A DNA stretch of 61,763 nucleotides, the filler included, from Sluysia triapertura (Eukaryota), in NCBI GenBank assembly GCA_046118255.1. It is 5 parts of 5 records of this genome, joined end to end, with 100 filler letters (N's around TTAATTAATTAA, not from the genome) between each part and the next. Parts side by side here need not be neighbours in the genome. Positions count along the whole stretch, not along the records: positions 26,049 to 36,837 come from JBJNIA010193427.1; positions 36,938 to 49,881 come from JBJNIA010070506.1; 3 more parts are not named here. One strand, written 5' to 3'. The position numbers were made by a program, and so were the translations under genes. Shown one piece after another: positions 35,750-48,719 of this stretch. Position 1 is the stretch's first letter; each line of letters starts with the position of its first letter. The notes below the pieces were generated by a model. That model saw nothing but the letters and a program-made list of their open reading frames with translations, did no database searches and was not told the origin of the DNA.

Positions 35750-36340
35750 ATTTTATCATGAACAAACATTTTTACTGATTTATCATATTAAACAAATTTT
35801 AATTAAATTAATTAACAAATGTACTTTAATTTTTAACAAATAAAACCTTGTAAAGGGTTATTTCTTCTTATTACTCATTATTTTGTTTTAATTTAAATAT
35901 TTTATATACTTATCTTACCATTACAGTTCATTATAATACCTCACCTTGGTTCTTTAATAATGTTAAACTTATTCTGTTATCCTAAGTCCTGACCCTTACA
36001 TCTACCTTTATCCTTCACTAATCCCAATAATTTACGTTTCTGATTAAAAAATAATTGACGTTAAGAGATTTTAAAAGAACAGGGTTATGTTGGGCTTGCT
36101 TGAAGATAAAGTCGTGGCATAAAAATCAAATAATCATCATTGAGAAATCAAGATAGAACATTATGATGAATTGTGATAACAATGTAAGTGTATTAAATGT
36201 TTAAATCAATACAAAATATGGGAAGAAAGAACCATTTATAAGGTTTTATTTGTTAAAATATTAAAGTATATTGGTTAATTAATTTAATTAAAAATTATGT
36301 AATTTGATAATTTAGTGGAAAATGCTTACTCATGATAAAT
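35750..36340. repeat. Long imperfect inverted repeat
   Basis: 35750-35965 aligns with the reverse complement of 36130-36340 (e.g. AATTAAATTAATTAAC..TACTTTAAT..TTTAACAAATAAAACCTT versus AAGGTTTTATTTGTTAAA..ATTAAAGTA..GTTAATTAATTTAATT). Confidence 0.9.
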
Positions 36341-36837
36341 AGCATTAGAGTTAGCATGAATTTTATTAGTGATTTTAATGATGAAATGATACGAAGTACG
36401 TCGACGCAGATAACGTAAAAATTACTTCATTTAATTGTATATCAGTGAAAATTAATGTGTATGATCTAAAATTATATAATCTAAAATTAAATTTATATAT
36501 TCTGTGACGTTTAAGTATAATTAAAGCGTATATTAAATGAATTCTCATGAAGATACTAAATCAAATACGTTATTGAAATGGACGTTCGATTTACGGTTGA
36601 CGTATAACGTATTATACAAAAGATTTCAATGAAAAGTAAATAATAATTTTACTCAATTTTATATAGATGTTGTGCCTTTTATACTTTTTATTTCACAAAT
36701 TATTAATCAAAACCCAATAATTAAACAACTTCAGAATCTCAATATATTCTTTGAATAATCAAAAATTACAATTTAAAAGATAACAATTATTCTTTATGAC
36801 AACAACAATATAAAGTACTCTTTAAAACAAAATACAA

Positions 36838-36937
36838 NNNNNNNNNNNNNNNNNNNNNNNNNNNNNNNNNNNNNNNNNNNNTTAATTAATTAANNNNNNN
36901 NNNNNNNNNNNNNNNNNNNNNNNNNNNNNNNNNNNNN
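36838..36937. other. Artificial contig linker
   Basis: 44 N + TTAATTAATTAA + 44 N. Confidence 0.97.
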
Positions 36938-36970
36938 AAGTGTAAACATTCAATTCGATATACTACAATA

Positions 36971-37630
36971 ATGGCGTTTACACTTCATAATAAGTCAGTA
37001 ATAATTGATTTCATAGATTTTTTTAAGAATAAGGATATAAATAAAACAATAAGTACAAAATCACCTAATACAATGAATAGAGTTATGAATACTACTACTG
37101 AATTAAGTAAAAAAGTAAGTAAGGGCATAAGTAAGGAGAATAAGTGGGAAATACATAACATTTTTATAATTGCACTTTTAATTTTTACTATAATCTATAT
37201 GCTGTTCACTATTTACTACATAATTACATGTAATAGGATAATAAGAGTTAATAATAGGGTACCAAGTATGATGTTTCTTACCTTATTGACATTGATAACA
37301 ATTACAAACGCATCACAGAGAATTTACAAATCGTAATATTTAGATTTTTATAATTTTGATACTGAAGTTCAAATTAAAGTAACTAGAAACATCAAAGCAC
37401 AATACATATGTATTAATCCAGCAGGACTTAATTTTAGTATATGGGAATTACATAGACACGTTCTACCAAACACGGAGTATCCAGTAACAATATGCAGGGA
37501 CTATTTACTTTCAGAAGACAGACATGTAATAATATTCATTCAGCTTCAAGCTAAAATTATTAAGCAACTTCATTTTGCTATACAAGGAATCAAAGGACCA
37601 ATAACGATTATAGACACTTTGATATTTTGA
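36971..37630 (+). pseudogene. Decayed membrane/secreted ORF, possibly the N-terminus of an env-like glycoprotein
   Basis: TM segment, then signal-like MMFLTLLTLITITNA. The frame continues past one stop at 37334-37336 for ~97 codons (AQYICINPAGLNFSIWEL...C...FIQLQ). Confidence 0.45.
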
Positions 37631-37719
37631 CCATCAATCACGGTCTCAAAGAAAATGACTTAAACAACGCTAAGGACATCAACAAAATACGAAAAAGTTC
37701 GATGACTTCTTTGTATAAT

Positions 37720-38930
37720 AAAGTTTTAGTTTCTTTTCACCCAGAACTCATAATCGGAACATTAGGAATTCCATGCGGTTGGTTTATTGTTATATACTAA
37801 CTTACTCGAAACCATTTTAAAATTTAATTAACCTAATTTTTTCTAAAATATTAAAATTATCTAAATAAATAATATTAAAATTACTTAAAACAAACTTTAA
37901 AATGATTATTTAAAACAAGTAATTAAAATATTTCTTTTAATATTTAGTTTTAATTTTATTTTTAATTTAAATTTTAAAATAATAATTTCTTTACTATTAA
38001 AGTTATATTTAGAAATATTTGTTTTTAAAATTATTAATTTTCCTATTTTTATTAATTTATATAATAATATTAATTTAATTCGTGTAATAAAAATAATTAT
38101 TCATAAAATAGTTACAAAATAAATTCTACAATAAATAGAACGTAGAAGTTACAACTTGACGATATTAAAAGCAGAATTTTTAATCAGAATAATAATTAAT
38201 TTAAATTTCTAATTTAGAAAAAAATATTAAAATTATATCGATATTTTATTTTAATATTTAAAATTTTTATTTTCGTTTTAATTCAAGAAATTTTTAAAAT
38301 ATTTTTCTTTTAAGATTAGGAAATTATTAAATTTTAGGAATTTTGTTTGTACGAACCAAAAAAAGTAATATGGGGATATTTTTGTAAAATTAATATAAAT
38401 TTAGGGAATTTTTAGAAAAGAAACAAAATTATTTAGTTTAAGAACATTCTAATAAAAGAAAATGTCAATGCATAAAAATCTTTCTATATCCATGAACAAG
38501 TAATTTTTTGTTTTATAAGATTTTTAATAGTTTTACCGAGTAAGGAAGACTTAAAATCCTACTTAAATTTTATAACTTTTCATCTAGACCGTACTGGGTA
38601 GAGTAATTTAAATTTTAACTTAAAATATCACGTCGAGGGAATTAATCCATTGAACGTGAATTTTAAAATCCATATCTCTATTATAATTAATATTTTTTTA
38701 AATTTTATTCTTCTTTTATTTTAGTCCTTTTTATTTTGTAATAGAGTTGATAAAAAGCGTTACTTTTATTTCTTAAACTATAAAATATTTATTAAAACTA
38801 GACCGTATATGGCTAGTGAAAAATCTTAAAATCCTTTCATCATAATTACTAGACCGTACCAGGTTAGTGCAATATAAAATATTTTACATACCACACATTA
38901 ACAAGGCTAGTGCAGTACATAACAAACCAG
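37720..38930 (+). repeat. Non-coding repeat family 2 (triple bulged-A hairpin), copy 2
   Basis: Colinear with 4780-5620; hairpins at 38583, 38797 and 38848. Confidence 0.7.
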
Positions 38931-39149
38931 TCAAAATCAGTAAGATAGACTAATATATCAAGATTCTGTTAGGGTGCCATCACAACCCCCTAAAATTATG
39001 AAAAATATTATTCAAATTTCTTTTAAATTATTTAAAAAATATTTTAGAGTTTCCAAATATCCAAAAAACATTTATTTTCCAAAAAAGAAAATAGAAATGC
39101 TAAAAAGGAAATTTTGCTTCTATAAATAGAATAGAAGCTTCTATAATGT

Positions 39150-40100
39150 TCTGGAACATTCCATCGATTTTCAATGACTGATGACTAGTATATAAACTAG
39201 CATCAGTTTAATGAAAATCGCCATTTAATTAGTTAACTATTTAGTATAGCCATTTTGATTTTAGCAGTTAAATTTAATTTACAAAACAATTTAGTGATTC
39301 AATCAGTTATTCAACGTCTTATCATTAATTCTATTTTGGTATTTGGCTCAGTTGCATCAAATCGGATTTTTGGAAATTCTAACTTGCATGATAACGGTAA
39401 TTTGCTTTTTATATGATACTTTTATCTTCCCGAAGATAAAAATATTAAAATCAACTTAAAATATTTTATTTAATTGATTTTTTTATCCTCGATGTAATGA
39501 GAGGAATTTTAAATTATAAATTTTTAATTTAAAATCAATATTTACAAAAATTTTGATTATAATTTATATTATTACTATTATATTACTAATTCCCTATTTA
39601 TTTTGTTAATAATAATAAAATTTAATCTTCGTTATTTATTTACTGATAAATAGGTTTAAGACCATCTAAACGTGTTAAAAGTAGTATTTTTAATTAAGTT
39701 AAGTACGATTTTTCACTCATAAGCTACAGAGGTGCCAACTATTAGTTGTAACCGGACCCTGCTCAATTTTATTTTGCCATAGGTTTAGCATTAAGAAAAA
39801 CCACAACAATTCTACACTCAAGCTTAGTAACTTATTCACTATTTCATAATTCTTTGCAAAAAATCCTAATAGTAGTGATACAATTCGTGTATATTAGGCG
39901 AACCGACACTCAGGTATTATTTTTTAGTTTTCTTTTAAGTTTTGCAATAATCTTAACAATAGGTAAAAAAAATTCAAACTTTGTTCGGAATTTATAAGAT
40001 TTATAAGAATGGTGTTTGTATTTCACTAGAGTTTATGTAAGATGTTTGTTTTAATTTGGAATTCACTACACAGCTTCTTATGTTTTTATATTTGAATTTG
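39150..40100. repeat. Non-coding repeat family 3, copy 2
   Basis: Colinear with 14300-15125; TATA hairpin at 39177-39207 and conserved block at 39720-39810. Confidence 0.75.
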
Positions 40101-40455
40101 CATAAGATATACAGCTATATTTTAGGCAAATTTTTGTAAATATTTTAAGATTACTCTTGATGATTTTAAATAAGATTACCAGTAATAATAGATTGATTAC
40201 TAGTTAACTGCATCACTTATTTAAATTTAAGTATTTAATTTTGAACTTTGAATAATCGAATAAAAAACACTTCACTATTTCTTAATATAAATTTAATTTT
40301 TGACGCATCTTAAATTATCAAAAATAAAAAATTTAAAAAAATAAAATGCATTTAATAGTAAAGTTTTCAACAGATACAATAAATATTTATATACAATATT
40401 AATTTATTTCCCTCATGTAAAACAAAATAAATTAATTATGAAAAACTATATTAAT

Positions 40456-40647
40456 TTATCTCATTTTTCTGGCTTCACGTTCACATTCTAATAACGTCAA
40501 AATATCTCCAATTCGAACTGGACCACGAACATTACGAACAATGGTTCGGTCAGACCCATCCATAAATTCTGCACGTACTTGAGTACATTGACCTTGATTG
40601 CCTGTACGACCTAATATGCTAATTACTCGAACGTTAGTAGATTCCAT
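40456..40647 (-). CDS. RPS28: 40S ribosomal protein S28 (eS28)
   Basis: ATG at 40647; [14 protein letters not shown]...[27 protein letters not shown] is the eS28 signature; intronless, 63 aa. Confidence 0.97.
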   Translation of the reverse strand: MESTNVRVISILGRTGNQGQCTQVRAEFMDGSDRTIVRNVRGPVRIGDILTLLECEREARKMR

Positions 40648-40999
40648 TATATATAGATAATGTTTATATTTAAACAAAACTAATTAATAGCAGACATTAT
40701 TTCAACTTAATTTCAACTTAAATTTATTTTAATATTGACTACTTTAAAAATATTTTCACTAAGATAGTTTTAATATATAAAATAATTTTGGTAATTGTTG
40801 TATGAGGTATTATTTATTTGAATTGCCAATACATTGTTATTATTTAATTAATAATGAAAAATAAAACTTCAATTCTATTTTTATAATTATAATAATAATT
40901 AAATTAAAATAATCATAATTATTTTTATAATTATAATTAAAATAGATAATGAAAATGAAAATGTTGAATTAAATACTAAATAACCTATTGAAACGAAAT

Positions 41000-41830
41000 C
41001 TAAGAAAAGAAGAAAGAGCCTAATATTTATCCAAAGATTTCATACATGTTATATAATAGTGTTAATTCATTAATCTCTAATAGTGTTAACGATAATCATA
41101 ATGCGTCTTTTGTTAGATTATATTTTACATTGAATTTAAAATGGCCAAGAATCCAATTGTATCAATACAAATAAATAATAAATTGAAAGATGCATCATTG
41201 ATTGATTATAACTGTAAGGTTATTTTTATTTTATCCTAACGAACAATTATGATTAACTTACTGGGTTCGCTTATAATCTAAGATTTATATCGCAAACTCA
41301 AATTATGAATTCAAAATAAATAAATACATGTAATAGAATTTCTCCTAAAATATACAATGAATCAAAATTTTTAAGAAGATTTTGACCTAGGCGAATGCTT
41401 GGGTTTCGAAATTCAATTGAGTTTAAGTAAGAATTTAATACAAAATAATATTGTATAAACTTAACATAAAAAGCTTACTAATTTTGATTCTGGGACATCA
41501 CATATAATCAGAAAAATTCGTTGAATTAATTTATATAAATTTGCTTCCAATGATCCAAATCTTCTCGAACAGTAACTTCAATAAGCCTGGTTCCAACAAT
41601 CAATTTATAGATCCCAAACAACCAAAATTTAAAATTATGCTGGAGTCGTAGCTCAAATTATAAAATACTTATTTTTGTGTGAAAACGTAAAATCGTTTCT
41701 TCTTTTATACTCTTTCTAAGGTTGCTGATTGTATATTTTTGCCGGCTTTATTTTTTTATATTTTTTGATAATTAATTATTTAATTTTACCGACTTATTAA
41801 CACAAAATTGTATATTTTTGCCGATTTCTT
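41000..41830. repeat. Non-coding structured repeat family 1, copy D (internally deleted)
   Basis: AACGAACAATTAT..GGGTTCG, AGATTTTG plus hairpin 41385-41404, AAAAGCTTAC, minus-strand AGTATAAAAG near 41705, and TTTT(G/A)CCG repeats. Confidence 0.7.
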
Positions 41831-42119
41831 TGATAAAAATAAATGTTTCTATTTCTTCGATAAAATAAATATTTTTTCATAATTAATTAAATTTGATTAA
41901 ATTTGTACTTTTTAATTAATTAAATATTTTAATAGTTTCAATTATTTTAACATTTACATAACGAACTCAGACGTTATCAGAATGTACCAATTCAGTGGAC
42001 ATTTTTTCAACGCATTTTGATAAAAATACATTAGTAAGAGAACAACTCAGAGATGAATAGATAAAGCAGAAAAATGATTTATTTAAAAAATGGAAAGGAA
42101 ATCCCTATTATATTATACA

Positions 42120-42570
42120 AAATGATATTTTAAAATTTCATATAAATAGTAAAGTACTAATAGTAATATTAAAAATAATATTTTTCATGAAAGTCACGTC
42201 AAATTTCGAAGGACATTTGTCTGTTAGGAAAAGATACCATTGGAAAAATATAATTGGCGTAATAATTGTGAGATTTGCTTACGAATAAAGGGTAGAAAAA
42301 TACAAAACTTACCTGAAACTTATTCAAGATACAGCTGTACCAATGGAAATACTGTCATGGATATTGTAGGTCCGTCGTTGCCTGAAACTATAAAAGGAAA
42401 TAAATATATCTTAGTATTTTCGAATTATTTTACAAGATGGTCAGGGCCAAAGATTTTCATAGAAGTAATGGATACGGATCAAGGTACAAGGTAATGTTAC
42501 AAGTGAAATGGTAACAGAAGTTTGTAACTTTTTCCAAATTAATAAAACAGCAACGTCAGCTTATCAGAGC
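42120..42570 (+). mobile_element. Ty3/gypsy integrase fragment
   Basis: GHLS, CEIC (zinc-binding), MDIVGP.LPET.KGNKYILVFSNYFTRW and TDQGT. Confidence 0.9.
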
Positions 42571-43604
42571 CAGTGTTTAGATCTAAAAAAAGGATTGTAT
42601 CTCACATAAACAGTTATATGTTGCGTGTTCTATAGTCGTCAAATCAGGCGCAAATAATGGAACAACAAAAATTATTGTATACCCAAAAACACTGTGAAAT
42701 TAAAAATATTTGAAACGAGCGCTTTCTCCTTTTTCTTTTATATTATTATTATAAAATGAATAATAATAGTAATAATAATAATAATAACAATAATAATATT
42801 TGTAAAACTTAATAATGTAATTATTGATAATATTAATAATAATGGAAATAACAACAATTTTAATAAAAGTCGATAAGCGGATAAATCGTGTACGACATTT
42901 TAGATGGTGTAATAAAAAATCTGTTTAGCGTATAAAATTGATTAAAGTAATAAAAATGCTTTTGGTAAAGTAATTTTGAAAATCTGTTATTGTAACATAT
43001 TATTTGAAGTCTTGCGATTTAAATTAACTGACATAACGCAAGAAATATTATTTTAATTAATTGTAAAAGTTATTAACACATAGTAGAATAATTGGATAAA
43101 CCAGAAACATGTATAAAATGAATTTTAAAAACTCCGAAATAAAAAACAAAAATTTGTAATTAATGATATAGGTAATGGTTTTAGTAGTATTATCGATTAA
43201 AGATGGTGAAACTATAGACTTCATGCTTTTCTAAATGCATCGAGATGGCTTTTCTAAAAATGTTTATATAAAAATATAGCATAAAATAAAAAAAATAAAT
43301 TATTTGAATAAAGTATATGTAGATTTTCAAAGATGTAAAGTCACGAATCATCATCATCATATTATACAATGTTATCACTTATAATTGAAGATATAAATTA
43401 AATGATTCAATAAGTTCCGAAAACCAAGCGGGACAACTGGTACTAATAAAGAAAATGAACAGTTCTGTAAGTGTAAAAATTGTGTCAAAAGTCTTAATCA
43501 TTTTAATAATGCAGATAATTCACAGAAATGTCTAAAATATATGGAAATTACAACTCTATCTCCGAAAAAATTATTATATTAAATGATTAATACAATGATT
43601 GTAT

Positions 43605-44080
43605 TAAATTTGGTATTCAAAATGTTAGGGCTGTTCGAAATAATAATATGGAAATTATTGAGATTATTTATGAAAATATCAGTGACATTTTTTGTTCAAT
43701 AGAAACTTGGATTAAAAATGATAAAACATATTTAATTCATTACGTTATTTAAATGTCATAATTGTCGATAATGATCAAATGGTGTTAGTATTAGTGTTAT
43801 AATAAATTATTAGACATTGGTTCAGTTATAATTAAATATTAGTGGTACTATTATATATATATATATGATTATTTCGTTATTATTTTGGAAAAAGCCAAAG
43901 AAGTTTTAATAACAGAAAATTTTAATATAAAAATGAAGAAAAATGTAAAACAAGCAAAAACATTACTAAATATATTCAATTTAATGAACTGTGTTAAATT
44001 TGAAACTCATAACTGTGAGAATATATTAGATGGGGTAAAAGACCTAAAGTGCCATTTGGTAAAATTGACTATAATAAAAT
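43605..44080 (+). mobile_element. Non-LTR (CR1/L2-like) APE endonuclease relic
   Basis: NVR...DIFCSIETW; VLITENFNI (GDFN equivalent); FNLMNCVKFETHNCENILD (PTH..GN.LD equivalent). Confidence 0.75.
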
Positions 44081-44093
44081 AAAATTGTAGTCG

Positions 44094-44182
44094 CGGCTGA
44101 TAGCTCTGTGGTAAAGCATCGAAATGCGCAGCGAGAGGTCCTAGGTTCGATCTCCGGTTAGTCCATTTTATTAAGTCTAACA
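44094..44182 (+). mobile_element. tRNA-derived element (SINE-like or tRNA pseudogene), complete head
   Basis: A-box TAGCTCTGTGG, B-box GGTTCGATCTCC, degenerate acceptor stem, broken anticodon stem, TTTT terminator and tail AGTCTAACA. Cys/Ala-like ancestry is tentative. Confidence 0.8.
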
Positions 44183-44236
44183 TTATTAATAAATACATAT
44201 GGTTACTGATATAATAAAGTTAGTACTCAAAATTGC

Positions 44237-44540
44237 TCAAATTAAATCATTCATTATAATATTTCTGAAACAGAAACAACTTTGCCTTGTTCTTAAAAAT
44301 TTCATAATCTTCACATTTGACTTCACATTATTCAATAAGTATGATTCAAACCATTTTATTGCACCAATGGAAAGATACATTCTTTGGAGATTACAAAGTA
44401 ATATTTCATGAACAACTGTATCAAAAGCAACAAACATGTGTACCAAAACCATGAAACACATTTATTGTGATTAAAACAATTTAAAATATCATATTTTATT
44501 TTTAAAATATCCGTTACTGTTGAGTAATAAAAGTGAATGA
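44237..44540 (-). mobile_element. Non-LTR (CR1/L2-like) reverse transcriptase relic
   Basis: VAFDTVVHEILL..L......GAIKWFESYL matches the AFDTVDH.ILL...WF.SYL motif. Confidence 0.8.
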
Positions 44541-44659
44541 ACTATTAGATATATGGGATAGTTATTTATTTACTTTTAAAGTAGAATTTAGTATTACAAA
44601 TTATAGAAGCATTTCATAACTATGCTTATCAATTGATGGTACTTTTGGGGTTATCAGAA

Positions 44660-45060
44660 GATAAAGGGATCAATATTTTATAAAGTTTTACAAAAAAATT
44701 TATAAATACATTAATTAATTAATTTAATTAGAATTTTTTGAAAATCATTTTTAATCGATAACTTTCTTTATGATGTTTGCATAAGAGGAGGTATCACACA
44801 TAATAATAAAACACAATAATTAAATGTATCTATGTTAAGAACACCAAGACAATGCGAAACACGTCAATGTAGATAACGTAAAATCAGTTTTAATTAATGT
44901 TCTTTATTATAAAGTTAAATTTCTATGGATTATAATGAGAATATATAACAAAAGTACATATAATAATAGATCATCCTAAATATATTATTGAAACTGACCT
45001 GTGATGTACCGTTAACGTATTGCATATTGTATCCAAAGTTTTTATTGAAAATAAGTTTTA
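44660..45060 (+). repeat. Dispersed copy of 36220-36650 (right arm of the long inverted repeat plus downstream block)
   Basis: TTTATAA.GTTTTA..TTAATTAATTTAATTA and ACGTC.A.G.AGATAACGTAAAA..TTATTGAAA shared in order. Confidence 0.6.
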
Positions 45061-45577
45061 TATCTGATTAGACTTAAGTTCACTTTTAAGTATTATTATA
45101 ACTATGATTTTTATTATTTTGAAAAGATAAGAATTTGTTTGCCACAAAATTCATTATCTTTGGATAAGTGCTAGATAATATTAAGACGGAAATTAATGTT
45201 CAAATTTGATTAATGAAATTAGTTGGAATAAAATCGATGTACACAATAATTAAGTCGAATTCTCTACTTTCTAGGAATTATCCAAACACTATAAATATAA
45301 CAATATTTTTGTATCATCGCAAAAGAAAATTAATACTTCTGGTGTAAGAAGGCTGATTCAAAAAAAACACTGATTGAATCTTATATTCTTTAGAAATAGA
45401 AACAAATTTTATTTTTAAGCCAACGTATTTGTGGCTTCTTGGGTCTTGAATTTTGAATAGTTTATTTGTTATTCGGTTACTAAGATTTATATATGTTATG
45501 TAACCCCTAATATGGAATACTATAATTGAGTTTTATTTCATTGAATTATACTGTTTTAATTATTTGATTTCTATAGT

Positions 45578-45988
45578 CAGGTGTCCCAAAGTAACCGAAT
45601 CACAGACTTAAATAAAAATTAGATATCAAAAACGACAAAAGTTCAAAATGTAAACCCTGAACTTCAGTACAAGCACATCTTTTGACAACACTGCGACATA
45701 CTTTCTGGCAAATTTCCTCTGAAATTTGGTTCCATTCATGCTGAGTTCTTTATTTTAGTTGATTCATTGTCTTAAGCTTTTCAGCAGAAGCTACGTTCTT
45801 TAGTAATTCTTAATAACGAAGATATGTTCTTTCATTCAGTGCATTTTTAAGAAGCGCGCGCTGAACAAGACTACTCGCAGAAGGAAATGAATATTAGCGA
45901 AGATAACATAAAAAGAAAAAATTACACTTGTCGCTTTCGATATCTAATTTTTATTTAAGTTTGGGGTTCCGTTACTTTTGGGACACTG
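45578..45988 (-). mobile_element. Tc1/mariner-type MITE
   Basis: ~60-bp TIRs (CAG(G)TGTCCCAAAGTAAC...TTAGATATC), TA after the right end; internal sequence is the reverse complement of parts of 29007-29684. Confidence 0.9.
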
Positions 45989-46779
45989 TATATTGAAATT
46001 TAGACTCATTTTATTATTATTATTATGGTTAATTAAAAAGATAAAAACTATTAGAATGGAATGATTACTAAAATAAACGCAGTTTGTTATATTAATTTTG
46101 AAATTTCATTTTTAAAATTTACAAAAGAATGCTTTATAATTGTAATAATTTTTTAATGTAGTTTATATGTTAATGTAAAATTTAGGCTGGATTTTTTCTA
46201 AGTCTTTGAAATCTTGTACGTTATCTTTTCGCTTTAAATTTATGTCAAACTTGAATATGTCTGCATGCTATTTTATACTCTAAAAATTCTTACTCTATAT
46301 TATTAATTCAAATATCTCTATAAAATTTATAATTATTCTGAACTTTAATTAATAATATCACTTTATATTAGTCTTAACCGGAGGTATGAATCAGTATACT
46401 CGTATATTCAGGATGGAAGTGCTTATTAATTTGATAATGATATCTTTAAAATAATTTTATTAGCGGTACCATTCTCACTTTAGTATTTCAATATATATAA
46501 AAAAAAGAATAATAAATTATTAATTTATAGTTATGCAAATATACTTAAATTTACTAAATAGATCCAAAAAAATAAAGCAATAAATAATCACAGTTCGATT
46601 AGTAAATCTGTCAAGTTTAATGATTTCAATTGTTGATGATTCCAAAACGATTTCTTCTTTTATAGATTGTTAATAAATTTTGAAATTCTCAATAAGTTTA
46701 GCCCAACTTAATATACATATTTTATCAACTCTTCTTCTTTTATACTATTTTCATATAATAGTTACCAATAGTTTAAATT

Positions 46780-47020
46780 TTCTAATTCTAATAATAATAC
46801 GTACAATATGTTTTATAATAATCAATGCAGTTAATTACAGAAATTTTCTAATATATAATTCTAATAGTATTCACAATCGATACAGTTAAGCATACAATTA
46901 ATTATATTTATAATTCTAATAGTAATTACAATTAATACAGTTAAGCATGTTTATAATAATCAATACAATTAATTATAATTCTAATAGCAATAATATAAGT
47001 ACAATCAATACAGTTAGGCT
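46780..47020. repeat. Degenerate minisatellite
   Basis: Repeated AATTCTAATAG...ACAAT..ATACAGTTA units. Confidence 0.75.
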
Positions 47021-48719
47021 TGAATGAAATTATTAAGTGTTACATAGCAGTAATAATAATAATAACACAATAAATTCTAATAATAATAATGACAATCTCT
47101 GGGTCTATTAAGATTCAAAAATATTATATTACATTATTAAATTAAAAATATTAAAATTATTAAATTAAAAATAAAATATTAAATTAAATATTATGTTAAC
47201 ATTAAAATATTAGATTAAAAATATTATGTTAACTTATTAAATTAAAAATAAAATAAATATTATATTAACAATAATAATAATAATTCAGTAACCGTTATGA
47301 TTACTATTGTTATTCGAGTTTGCTATTAAATTTTGATTTTATAATTTACATATTCAATCTTAATTTAATAATTTTTGCGATTATAATGCTTTTAATCTTG
47401 AAATACTTTTGATATTACATTGTTCTTTCTCTTATACTCATTCTTTAATTTAAGTTGATTTTGATCGAAAATAATATTACTAATTTTTAATTGCACACTA
47501 GTTTTATTCAATCTCAATTTAATACAATTTTAACTTTCATATTAGAATGATCTTAAAATTTAATGTTATGTTATCTTTATAGAATCTTATTTTAAGATGA
47601 CAATTTGTTTGATTCCAATTTAAACTAGTTACTATTTGTTGTTGTTAAATTTTGAATTTATATTAACTGTATTAAATCTCATTTTAAGATCATATAAAGC
47701 ATAATAACTTTGAAATACTTTTATTTTTAAATTAAATAAATTATAAATATTGAATATTAAATAATTGAAAAATTAAAATTTAAGATAAAAGTTGAATATT
47801 ATATTACAATACTATAAAGTTAGTACAGTAATCTGAAATCAAAGTTCTATTTAAATTAATTTAAATTAATTAAATTAATTTAATTTTGTTCAAAGTACAT
47901 GTGTTTTTAAACTATATTTGTGTTAAAATTTGAGAATAGATTTTAGTTGATATAATTTTTATTATCGTGACTTTATTGAGATTTTTAAAGAAAGTTTTGA
48001 TTTGTACTTTCATCTTTAAAATAAAAGACGAGTTAGAATTATGACTTCATAGGTAAAGGTAACTTATATTAAAGTTTGCAAAATCATATGATAATTATTA
48101 AAATATTTTGAAAAGTTTTTATAATTAGAAGTAGTCATTGTTTTATAAATTTGACGAATAATTCTCAAGCGAATAAGAGTCATTCATTATAAGCTAACTC
48201 TAAACTTTTGATTAAGCTTGGTTTAATTTAAAGTAATAAATAACTAATAAAGATTTCTTGCAATTATAATTATAAATTATAAATAATTAATTATTTAGTT
48301 ATTACATCTTAAAGAATTCTCATTTCATTAAAAACTTAATTCGATCAGTGCATAAAAGTTATGTTTTATTTGAAATTGATTTTTGTGTAATTAGTTAGTG
48401 CAATGTTCAGAACAAATATCTTCGGTGAGATTTTTAATGGTTGTATATATTCCACATTTTCGTATGTGCATATCAGCAATTTAATGTGTTTAATATAATT
48501 GTAACATGACGTGTCGTAAATTTCGATTTGTGTTGTATATACAATTTTAATTTAAAATTTCTGCATATAACTTACTTTAGAAAAGCACTTACACAAAGAA
48601 TTATTTAATTATTGAAATTTCATAAATTAAATAAAAACTTTAATTTAAATAAAATGTCAATTTAGAATTCTAAAAATCATTAAAAACAAAAAAAATCAAT
48701 TAATTAGTTTTAATATTTT

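Noticed and set aside
41378-41404. Sm site (AUUUUG) plus 3' stem-loop of an snRNA or SL RNA
   Set aside because: AUUUUG is common at this AT content, is not kept next to the hairpin in all copies, and no snRNA or SL 5' features are visible.
44094-44165. Functional tRNA gene
   Set aside because: The anticodon stem does not pair, and the T and acceptor stems have mismatches.
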